Notes under the pieces: generated by a model
The model's input: the letters and a program-made list of their open reading frames with translations, nothing else
Database searches by the model: none
Told to the model about the DNA's origin: nothing
Shown: positions 45,626 through 53,275 of the stretch, in pieces
Numbering within the stretch: position 1 is the first letter of the stretch
Layout: each line of letters starts with the position of its first letter
Program-made: the position numbers and the translations under genes
Source of the DNA: Candidatus Omnitrophota bacterium
GTDB taxonomy: Bacteria; Omnitrophota; Gorgyraeia; Gorgyraeales; Gorgyraeaceae
DNA: 64,000 bases
NCBI GenBank assembly: GCA_042571405.1
Contig: JBHPHU010000002.1
Span: forward strand, 2,787-66,786
Direction of reading: 5' to 3'

Positions 45626-48373
45626 ATGGATTACAAGAAGACATTAAATTTACCGAAGACTGATTTTCCAATGAGGGGAAGTCTGCCTCAGAAAGAGCCT
45701 GCCATTCTTGCGGAATGGGAGAAGCAGGACATATACACGAAGATTATCGAAAAGCGAAAGTCTTCTCCAAAGTATATACTGCACGATGGCCCGCCATACG
45801 CGAATGGCAATATCCATATAGGCCACGCCTTGAACAAGACTCTAAAAGATATCGTTATAAAATTCAAAACAATGCGCGGCTTCCAGGCTCCATATGTTCC
45901 TGGCTGGGATTGTCACGGCATGCCTATCGAGCACCAATTATTTAAGGAATTAAAGAAGACAAAGCACGACGTAGACCAGGTAGAATTCAGAAAAATGGCG
46001 CATAAATTCGCTATGAAGTTCGTTAATCTGCAGAAGGAAGAATTTAAGCGCCTTGGTATATTTGGAGACTGGGATAATCCGTACCTTACCTTAAAGCCTG
46101 AATATGAAAAGGAAATAGTAGCCAGCTTCAATAAGCTCGCAAAAGACGGCTATGTTTATCGAGGTCTTAAGCCAATCAACTGGTGCGCCAGATGCGAGAC
46201 TGCTCTTGCAGAGGCAGAGGTGGAATATGAAAACCATGTCTCACCGTCGATATTTGTTAGGTTTGCTATAAAGCCACAAGCCACAAGCCACAAGCCACAA
46301 GCCTTTCTTGTGTGGACCACCACTCCATGGACTTTGCTTTCCAATGTTGCGGTTGCTGTGCACCCTGATCTTGAATACATTGAATTCAAAAGCGACAAAG
46401 ATGAAATTCTGATTTTCGCAAAAGACCTGCTCGATGCCGTTAAAGAAAAAACAGGTTTAAAGGGAAGCATAGTAAAAACCTTTAAAGGCAAAACGCTCGA
46501 AGGCCTTGTTGCAAGGCACCCGTTTTTAAATCGCGATTCAAAAGTCGTGCTGGCAGAGTATGTCTCAAATGAGGATGGTACAGGTTGCGTACACATAGCG
46601 CCTGGACATGGCCAGGAAGATTATAATGTGGGCCTGAAATACAATCTCCCTGTTATCATGCCCGTTGATGATAAAGGAAGGTTTGTAAAGCTGAAGGATT
46701 ACGAAATACCCGATTCTATCGCAGGCAAAAATGTCTTTGGATCGAATGAAACAGTTCTTGGAATCCTCAGTGATAAAAAATCTCTTTTATATTCTGAAAA
46801 GACTACGCATTCATATCCGCATTGCTGGCGATGCAAACAACCTCTGTTGTTTCGCGCGACAAAACAGTGGTTTGTCGGAGTAGATAAAAACAATCTTCGC
46901 TCAAAGACTCTCAACGAGATTAAAAAGGTCAAATGGGTGCCTGCTTTTGGCGAAAAACGAATCTCTAGTATGGTGGAACTCAGGCCTGACTGGTGCCTGT
47001 CAAGACAGCGTTACTGGGGCGTGCCAGTACCTATCTTATATTGCTCCTCATGTGATTCCGAGATCATAGATGAAAAAGTTATGAAGAATATCGAAGAGCT
47101 TTTTGGAAAACAAGGCTCTGATATCTGGTTTTTGAAAGACGAAAAGGACCTTCTACCCAAAGGTTTTAAATGTCCGAAATGCAAGGGCGATAAATTTAAA
47201 AAAGAAACAGATATACTGGATGTATGGTTCGAGTCAGGCGCAAGCCATCAAGGTGTCTTAAAAATCCGAAAAAACTTAGGTTTTCCAGCTCAACTTTATC
47301 TTGAGGGCAGTGACCAGCATAGGGGTTGGTTTCAGACTTCTCTATTGGTTGGTATGGGTGTGGCAGGAAGAGCGCCATTTGAAAACGTGCTTACACATGG
47401 TTTTGTCGTTGACGGAGAAGGTAAGAAGATGTCCAAATCATCCGGGAATGTCATTGCGCCGCAAGAAATTATTTCAAAGAGAGGCGCGGATGTATTAAGG
47501 CTGTGGGTAAGTTCTTCATCTTATTTTGACGATGTGAAGATATCCGAGGAGATCCTGCAGCGTACAGTAGAGGCTTACAGAAAATTTAGAAACACGGCAA
47601 AATTTATACTAGGCAACATCTCAGATTTTAACTATGAAAAGGATGCCATTGACAGGAAGGACATGCTTGAGATAGATAGGTGGGCGTTGTCGCGGCTAAA
47701 TTCTGTCTTGAAAGACGTGACAGATGCCTTTGAGAGATTTTCATATCATGAGGTTGTCAGCTCACTATATAGATTTTGTATTATGGACATGTCGAGTTTT
47801 TATCTTGATATCTTAAAGGATAGACTGTATACTTTTGGCCGTGCATCAAAAGCGCGGCGTTCAGCTCAGACAGCGCTCTACCGGATTCTTGATGCGCTGG
47901 TAAGGGAACTTGCTCCGCTTATCCCGTTTACCGCAGAAGAGATTTGGCGGCACTTTAAGGCGGCGGGTTCGGTGCATCTTTTGGATTGGCCAGAGGTAGA
48001 TGAAAAGGCAGTGGACATTGACTTAGAGAAAGATTGGCAAAAATTGAAACAACTCAGAGAAAGCGTCTTAAAGGAGCTCGAAGAAAAACGTATAGCCAAG
48101 ATCATAGGCAGTCCGCTGGATGCAAAAATAATACTTTACATAAAGAATGATTTAGAGTATAATTTGCTCTCTAAATACCTGAATGAGTTACCGTCGCTTT
48201 TTATAGTGTCGCAGGTAGAGTTGAAAAAGGCCGAAGACAGGAAGATCGAGGTCGGCAAAGCAGATGGCAAAAAATGCAGTCGCTGTTGGAACTGGAATGA
48301 TTTTGTAGGTAACGACAGCGTTCATCCAACGCTTTGCAAGAGATGCAAGGATGTTGTAGCGGAAGGGAGCTAA
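45626..48373 (+). CDS. ileS: Isoleucine--tRNA ligase (type 1, C-terminal Zn-finger)
   Basis: HIGH (NIHIGHAL), KMSKS (KKMSKSSGN), a CP1 editing domain, and C-terminal CSRCWN...CKRC. Confidence 0.97.
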   Translation: MDYKKTLNLPKTDFPMRGSLPQKEPAILAEWEKQDIYTKIIEKRKSSPKYILHDGPPYANGNIHIGHALNKTLKDIVIKFKTMRGFQAPYVPGWDCHGMPIEHQLFKELKKTKHDVDQVEFRKMAHKFAMKFVNLQKEEFKRLGIFGDWDNPYLTLKPEYEKEIVASFNKLAKDGYVYRGLKPINWCARCETALAEAEVEYENHVSPSIFVRFAIKPQATSHKPQAFLVWTTTPWTLLSNVAVAVHPDLEYIEFKSDKDEILIFAKDLLDAVKEKTGLKGSIVKTFKGKTLEGLVARHPFLNRDSKVVLAEYVSNEDGTGCVHIAPGHGQEDYNVGLKYNLPVIMPVDDKGRFVKLKDYEIPDSIAGKNVFGSNETVLGILSDKKSLLYSEKTTHSYPHCWRCKQPLLFRATKQWFVGVDKNNLRSKTLNEIKKVKWVPAFGEKRISSMVELRPDWCLSRQRYWGVPVPILYCSSCDSEIIDEKVMKNIEELFGKQGSDIWFLKDEKDLLPKGFKCPKCKGDKFKKETDILDVWFESGASHQGVLKIRKNLGFPAQLYLEGSDQHRGWFQTSLLVGMGVAGRAPFENVLTHGFVVDGEGKKMSKSSGNVIAPQEIISKRGADVLRLWVSSSSYFDDVKISEEILQRTVEAYRKFRNTAKFILGNISDFNYEKDAIDRKDMLEIDRWALSRLNSVLKDVTDAFERFSYHEVVSSLYRFCIMDMSSFYLDILKDRLYTFGRASKARRSAQTALYRILDALVRELAPLIPFTAEEIWRHFKAAGSVHLLDWPEVDEKAVDIDLEKDWQKLKQLRESVLKELEEKRIAKIIGSPLDAKIILYIKNDLEYNLLSKYLNELPSLFIVSQVELKKAEDRKIEVGKADGKKCSRCWNWNDFVGNDSVHPTLCKRCKDVVAEGS
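46272..46303 (+). repeat. In-frame tandem heptanucleotide repeat (AGCCACA x4.5) inside ileS
   Basis: aAGCCACAAGCCACAAGCCACAAGCCACAAGCC is read in rotating frames as [11 protein letters not shown], just before the conserved WTTTPWTL block. Confidence 0.9.
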
Positions 48374-48379
48374 CACATT

Positions 48380-48754
48380 ATGCTAAAGAAACAGACAACT
48401 CAGTATAAAAAGTTACTTTTACAAAAAAGAGAAGACGTGACAAATGAAATCAAAGATATAGCCAGGGAGAGCTTTAAGTCTCAAAAAGAGGCGTCCGGGG
48501 ACCTTTCTGGGTACAGTCACCATATGGCTGACATGGCCAGTGACAGCTACGAAAGGGAGCTCAGTTTAAATATTGCCAGCGGTGAACAGAAAGTGATATA
48601 TGAGATAGATGATGCCCTGAAACGCATAGAAGAGGGCAAATACGGAAAGTGCGTGTCTTGCAGCAAGAAAATACCTTCCAAGCGACTAAAGGCTGTGCCA
48701 CAGGCAAAATATTGCATACAATGCCAGTCAAAAGAAGAGAACGACAAACAGTAA
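48380..48754 (+). CDS. DksA/TraR-family C4 zinc-finger protein
   Basis: CVSCSKKI...CIQCQ four-Cys finger preceded by a coiled-coil-like region. Confidence 0.85.
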   Translation: MLKKQTTQYKKLLLQKREDVTNEIKDIARESFKSQKEASGDLSGYSHHMADMASDSYERELSLNIASGEQKVIYEIDDALKRIEEGKYGKCVSCSKKIPSKRLKAVPQAKYCIQCQSKEENDKQ

Positions 48755-49218
48755 TCTCCGCGTTTTTTATTCTTGTAATTCTCGTCATCGACCAAATTTC
48801 AAAGACTCTGGTTGTTGCCAATCTAACAATAGGTCAGTCTATACCTATAATAAATAATATCCTGCATGTTACATTCGTAAAAAATACAGGCGCAGCATTT
48901 GGGCTTTTCAAAAACAGCACTCCGGTATTTATCGCAATATCGATCATAGCAGTGACCTTTATAGCATGGCTTATTTTAGGCTCTATAAAAAAGGCAAATT
49001 TTTTCTCAAACAAGGCCTTTGACATAGGGCTTATCTTGATACTTTCAGGCGCGCTGGGTAATTTAATAGACAGGCTTAAAGGTGGCTATGTCATTGATTT
49101 CATTGATTTTAGAATATGGCCTGTTTTTAATATAGCTGATACCTCCATAACTCTCGGTACGGCCCTCCTCATAATAAGCTTACATTTTAAGTCTTGCTTT
49201 AAGTGCAAACTTAAATAG
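48721..49218 (+). CDS. lspA: Lipoprotein signal peptidase (signal peptidase II)
   Basis: DQISK, NTGAAFG, FNIADTSI motifs and ileS-lspA linkage. ATG 48721 is preferred over the track's 48649, which overlaps the dksA-like gene. Confidence 0.9.
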   Translation: MPVKRRERQTVISAFFILVILVIDQISKTLVVANLTIGQSIPIINNILHVTFVKNTGAAFGLFKNSTPVFIAISIIAVTFIAWLILGSIKKANFFSNKAFDIGLILILSGALGNLIDRLKGGYVIDFIDFRIWPVFNIADTSITLGTALLIISLHFKSCFKCKLK

Positions 49219-49227
49219 CCCCATGAC

Positions 49228-49255
49228 TTGAAATTCTGGGATTGTGTGATATACT
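49228..49255 (+). promoter_or_regulatory. Putative promoter with extended -10
   Basis: TTGAAA (49228-49233), 16-nt spacer, TGaTATACT (49247-49255), about 80 nt upstream of ORF 49337. Confidence 0.45.
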
Positions 49256-49336
49256 TTATATTGAATAGAAGGATGGCATTTTTTTATTTAGCTCAGTTAA
49301 AAAGATTTAAAAAGTTTTAAGTGAGAGGATTAAGAG

Positions 49337-49702
49337 ATGAGAGAGCTAATTTTTAAGAACCTGACTTCAGGAGATAAGAAGAGAAAAGACCTCTTTATCT
49401 CTGAGACTGTAGAGAAAAAAGGCGTCAAGACTACTACACAGCGCCATTCCATGTACGTAGTCAATAACTGCAACAAATTTGCCACCCAAAAGGAGTTACT
49501 AGAGTGGCAGAACAAGACATGCCAGGATCATAATAAACGCCATATCTTCATATTCAAGAGTCGTGATAGCAAGACAAAAAAGGATAGCTTTGTCTGTGAC
49601 GTAGTGGGTAAGTTTTACGCTGTTGTAAATAATGATGTGTATTCAGTGGCATTCAAGCATTCTTTAGAGATAGATTTTATGAGCGCAAAAAAGGATATTT
49701 AA
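49337..49702 (+). CDS. Hypothetical protein (121 aa, basic, no recognised family)
   Basis: Has its own promoter-like element, a GAGAGGA RBS, and is followed by a strong intrinsic terminator. Confidence 0.6.
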   Translation: MRELIFKNLTSGDKKRKDLFISETVEKKGVKTTTQRHSMYVVNNCNKFATQKELLEWQNKTCQDHNKRHIFIFKSRDSKTKKDSFVCDVVGKFYAVVNNDVYSVAFKHSLEIDFMSAKKDI

Positions 49703-49738
49703 CGCAACGGTGATACTGCACTGCTTTCTCCTTGGTTG

Positions 49739-49773
49739 CCCTGCCCTTTACGAATAAAGGGCAGGGTTTTTTT
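49739..49773 (+). terminator. Rho-independent terminator
   Basis: CCCTGCCCTTTA-cgaa-TAAAGGGCAGGG followed by TTTTTTT. Confidence 0.9.
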
Positions 49774-49780
49774 GTATAAA

Positions 49781-49824
49781 CCCCTGTACAGACGCGGTGT
49801 CTAGACACCGCGTCTGTACAGGGG
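49781..49824. repeat. 44-nt perfect palindrome ('CTGTACAGACGCG' family, copy 2)
   Basis: CCCCTGTACAGACGCGGTGTCT|AGACACCGCGTCTGTACAGGGG. Shares the core CTGTACAGACGCG.TGTCT with 16608-16654. Confidence 0.85.
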
Positions 49825-49883
49825 CTAAGTTCTATTGACTACACTGGCTGTATATGTTAAACTTTACCCATTACGGAGGAAAG

Positions 49884-50876
49884 ATGAAAATAGCTGTATT
49901 AGGAGATGGTAGCTGGGGAACAGCCCTTGCTATACTCTTGAAGAACAAAGGCCTTGATGTTTCTCTCTGGGGAGCATTCAGGGATAACATTGACGCTATA
50001 AAGGAGCATGGAGAAAACAGGAAATTTTTGCCTGGTGTTAAGATCCCTAAGGATATCCAGGTTGCCTCAGATATGACTGTTGTCTGCGAGGATGCAAGTC
50101 TAATTATACTGGCCATACCTTCGCGTTTTTTAAGAGAAATCCTAACGAAACACAGAGACTTGCTAAGAGAATCGAGAGCTATTCTTGTCAGTGTGATAAA
50201 AGGCCTTGAGCAAAAGACGCTTAAAAGGATGAGTGAGGTAATAACCAGTGTTTTAGGAGAGAAAGACCTTGTGGTTCTGTCAGGCCCAAGCATAGCGCCT
50301 GAAGTAGCCAGGGGCATACCAACAGCTGTTACAGTCGCGTCTGAGGATGATGGTTTGGCGCGCAAGGTAAGAGATATTTTCAGGACAGAGACTCTCAGGG
50401 TCTATACAAACAATGATGTTGCGGGCGTAGAGCTTGGAGGCGCGCTCAAGAATATCATAGCGATCGCGGCTGGCATCTCAGATGGTCTTGGCTTTGGCGC
50501 CAATACGAAAGCAGCCATACTTACAAGGGGTCTTATGGAGATGACGCGTCTTGGCATAGCCATAGGCGCAAAGCAGGAAACCTTTAGCGGTTTGAGTGGC
50601 CTGGGTGATCTGGTAACGACCTGCGTAAGTAAAGAAGGTCGTAATCGTAGCTTTGGCGAGGACATAGGAAAAGGCAAGAAACCCGAAGATATTCTAAAGA
50701 AAAGTGTCATGGAAATAGAAGGAGCCTGGACATCAAAAGCAGCGCTTGACTTGGGCAAACTCCGCAAAATAGAACTCCCAATCACACAGCAAGTCTATTC
50801 AGTGATATTCGAACAAAAACCAGCCCTAAAAGCAGTAAACGAACTAATGCTCCGCGAACCCAAGCCCGAATCCTAA
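49884..50876 (+). CDS. gpsA: NAD(P)H-dependent glycerol-3-phosphate dehydrogenase
   Basis: KIAVLGDGSWGTALA and GALKNIIAIAAG. GGAGGA RBS precedes ATG 49884, which is preferred over the track's 49854. Confidence 0.93.
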   Translation: MKIAVLGDGSWGTALAILLKNKGLDVSLWGAFRDNIDAIKEHGENRKFLPGVKIPKDIQVASDMTVVCEDASLIILAIPSRFLREILTKHRDLLRESRAILVSVIKGLEQKTLKRMSEVITSVLGEKDLVVLSGPSIAPEVARGIPTAVTVASEDDGLARKVRDIFRTETLRVYTNNDVAGVELGGALKNIIAIAAGISDGLGFGANTKAAILTRGLMEMTRLGIAIGAKQETFSGLSGLGDLVTTCVSKEGRNRSFGEDIGKGKKPEDILKKSVMEIEGAWTSKAALDLGKLRKIELPITQQVYSVIFEQKPALKAVNELMLREPKPES

Positions 50877-50897
50877 GCCTTCTCAAAAGTCCATTTC

Positions 50898-50969
50898 TGT
50901 GGTATAATTAATATTGATAAGCATAGTAGCTATATAGCCTTACAAGGCTATTTTTATGGGTGGATTATG
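50898..50969 (+). promoter_or_regulatory. Reiterated leader cassette, copy 1 (full: extended -10, hairpin, invariant core, start codon)
   Basis: TGgTATAAT (50900-50908); GCTATATAGC palindrome; hairpin ATAGCC-ttacaa-GGCTAT (50934-50951); TTTTTATGGGTGGATTATGA with uORF ATG at 50956 and main ATG at 50967. Confidence 0.75.
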
Positions 50970-52619
50970 ATGGGGATTGGAAAAGGGTTGAGCTTTAAGA
51001 TTGTAACTATTTGTATGAGCATTTGCTTTATTTTTAATGCCAATGCTTATTCTATGTCTAAATTAAGAATTAATTCAATGGGAGATGATATTGAAGGAAG
51101 TATGGAACGTAAAAGAAAAGAAAGCATGTTATCAGAAATGACAAGAATTAAAATCATAGAGTTTTTGTCAAAGCCTGATAATGATAAGGGATTGATAGAT
51201 AATGGATTGGATTTATTAGATTCAGTACAAGACCCTAGGGATATTATGGAGATTATTGAGAGTGCATTCGCTCGTAGAAAATTGAGATTGTATTTGTGTA
51301 AAAAAGGAATTTTCGGAGACACAGGTACACCTATGGATATAAGTAACATACTAAAGGATAGCATTGAATCAGGGGCTTATAACATAAAAATTATTCCTGA
51401 TGGCGGTAGCGAGATGATAGGCGCACGTGATTTTAGGATAAACGTAAAAAAGAAAATTATGACCTTTTCCGCTGGTTTTATATACGAGGAAAATCTAAGA
51501 GGGAAACGTTTTTTTGGTATGCTCTATAGATGGATGTTTGCATTACCTTGTTTTAGTAATTGTTCTGGATGGGAGTTCAAAATTACAAAAAGCAAATTTA
51601 CTAATGAAGTCACAGAAGATGAGAAATATGAAGAAAATGTTGCAAGTTATATGTCAGCCAGGGCATGGTGGCGCACTAGACTTCCTATAGAGATTACTTC
51701 GAAAAAAGGTATAATAATACAAGATATTGACGAGATTGAACCAGGAGAAGAATATTACATTAAAGGTAGATTTTTAAATTGGGAAGATAGGCTAGCTTAT
51801 CTCGCTTCAATATACACTTCTACTAATGACAAGACAAAGTTTGCGTCGTTCGAGAAACTCCTCACAGAGTTAAAGCCATCTATTATTGAAAAGATGATGG
51901 ATATGCCTACCCTTGTTGCTTTCCTATTAGGTCTTAAGCCGGCGCATTATACGTATAACTCCGAAGAAGATGGCTCAGATGTCATAGAGGCAATTATGGC
52001 AACAACTGCTTCCCAGAAGAAATTCCATACATTTCCTGAACAGTTAAGTAAAAGCTATGTTTTGTATAACCCCGAGGCAGTAAGAAATGCAATTTTTGAA
52101 CTGAACATGTTGACAAAGGACGAAAAAATAGTCGAGCGTGTCATGAAGAATATCTGGGAACTTGCAAATGGTGACTCAAGAAAGATAAACATAGAGATCT
52201 TCAGAGAAAGCGTTGAAAATCTCTTGCCGAAACAATTTCCGGAAGAACCGGAAGAATTTCTGCAGAAAATATTAGATGCATCCGCCCTTCGAGTCGGTTC
52301 TGTAAGGAGCGTTACTCAGGCTGATTCTTTTGCTCGGGGATTTATTCTTGGCATTCCATTTATAGATTCGATATTATTTTGTATTGATAAGAGGGGCCTA
52401 ATATCTGCTGTTTCCACAGAGAAGTCACTTTCTGGTATTCGATATTTAAATAAGGGCCCAATCCATCGCATAGAGTATATTATTTTTTCACAGGAATTTA
52501 TTGAACGTCTAAGAGCATGGGATAAGGCGCTTGAGTTTGCCTATGAATTAATGGAGAGACAACTAGAGGATAAGAAGCTTCAAGAATGGTTACAGAAGGA
52601 ATCCAATATGTGTCTCTGA
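50967..52619 (+). CDS. Leader-family secreted/membrane-anchored protein A (550 aa, no recognised domain)
   Basis: N-terminus MMGIGKGLSFKIV plus hydrophobic segment ...NANAYS..KLRIN is shared with five paralogs. The remainder is novel. Confidence 0.75.
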   Translation: MMGIGKGLSFKIVTICMSICFIFNANAYSMSKLRINSMGDDIEGSMERKRKESMLSEMTRIKIIEFLSKPDNDKGLIDNGLDLLDSVQDPRDIMEIIESAFARRKLRLYLCKKGIFGDTGTPMDISNILKDSIESGAYNIKIIPDGGSEMIGARDFRINVKKKIMTFSAGFIYEENLRGKRFFGMLYRWMFALPCFSNCSGWEFKITKSKFTNEVTEDEKYEENVASYMSARAWWRTRLPIEITSKKGIIIQDIDEIEPGEEYYIKGRFLNWEDRLAYLASIYTSTNDKTKFASFEKLLTELKPSIIEKMMDMPTLVAFLLGLKPAHYTYNSEEDGSDVIEAIMATTASQKKFHTFPEQLSKSYVLYNPEAVRNAIFELNMLTKDEKIVERVMKNIWELANGDSRKINIEIFRESVENLLPKQFPEEPEEFLQKILDASALRVGSVRSVTQADSFARGFILGIPFIDSILFCIDKRGLISAVSTEKSLSGIRYLNKGPIHRIEYIIFSQEFIERLRAWDKALEFAYELMERQLEDKKLQEWLQKESNMCL

Positions 52620-52729
52620 GAACGGATTTTTGGAGATGTCTACCAAGTTGTAAAGGAAGTTGTCTTTGAGGTGTATAGGATTTGGAATTTCAGGGTATTT
52701 GAGGTATAATATGTAAAAAAGGAGGAACC

Positions 52730-53200
52730 ATGAAGAGATTAGCGTTATTCTTATTATGTCTTAGTTTGGTTGGAGGTATTGCTGTTGCGGCAGAGAATGA
52801 ACTTCTTGAAGGGCAGAGGATCTGCGATATGAAATTCCGAAAGGTCGTTATTTTAGGTGAAGGCATAACTAATCAGGTGGCCTTTCAATACTCTACTTCA
52901 TACAGGGCAGTAGTGTGGCATAAAGAAGAGACCAGTCCGGGTATAAAAGAACCAGGCCCTGCCATGAAGGAACTTATAGTCGAACTGCAGGGCATAAATG
53001 CCACAGAAGAAGAGTGGGAATTTATAATTCCCGGAATCGCGGAGGAATTTTTCTTCGTTACTTTGAAGAATATGGATAATGATTCTTTGTCTAAAGTCAA
53101 AGGCACGGTATATCTGCCTGATTCTTCGAAAAATGATTCTATAGAAGCCGGGATTAAAAGAGTCTCCAATGGAAGATTTGTCGTAATATACGGCCGCTAA
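52730..53200 (+). CDS. Small secreted hypothetical protein (156 aa)
   Basis: Classical signal peptide MKRLALFLLCLSLVGGIAVAA|EN. AAGGAGG RBS and a TATAAT box (52703-52708) upstream. Confidence 0.7.
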   Translation: MKRLALFLLCLSLVGGIAVAAENELLEGQRICDMKFRKVVILGEGITNQVAFQYSTSYRAVVWHKEETSPGIKEPGPAMKELIVELQGINATEEEWEFIIPGIAEEFFFVTLKNMDNDSLSKVKGTVYLPDSSKNDSIEAGIKRVSNGRFVVIYGR

Positions 53201-53275
53201 TTTTATAATTGTGTTATTTGGGGTTACGCCACTTGTTGCAGTGCCCGCCTCTTGATACAATAAGATTATTCAGAT

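Noticed and set aside
9437-49824. Whether the many short palindromic or direct repeats constitute a CRISPR array
   Set aside because: There is no regular repeat-spacer periodicity. The repeats belong to several unrelated families, are individually palindromic, are scattered over 40 kb in gene gaps, and no cas genes are present.
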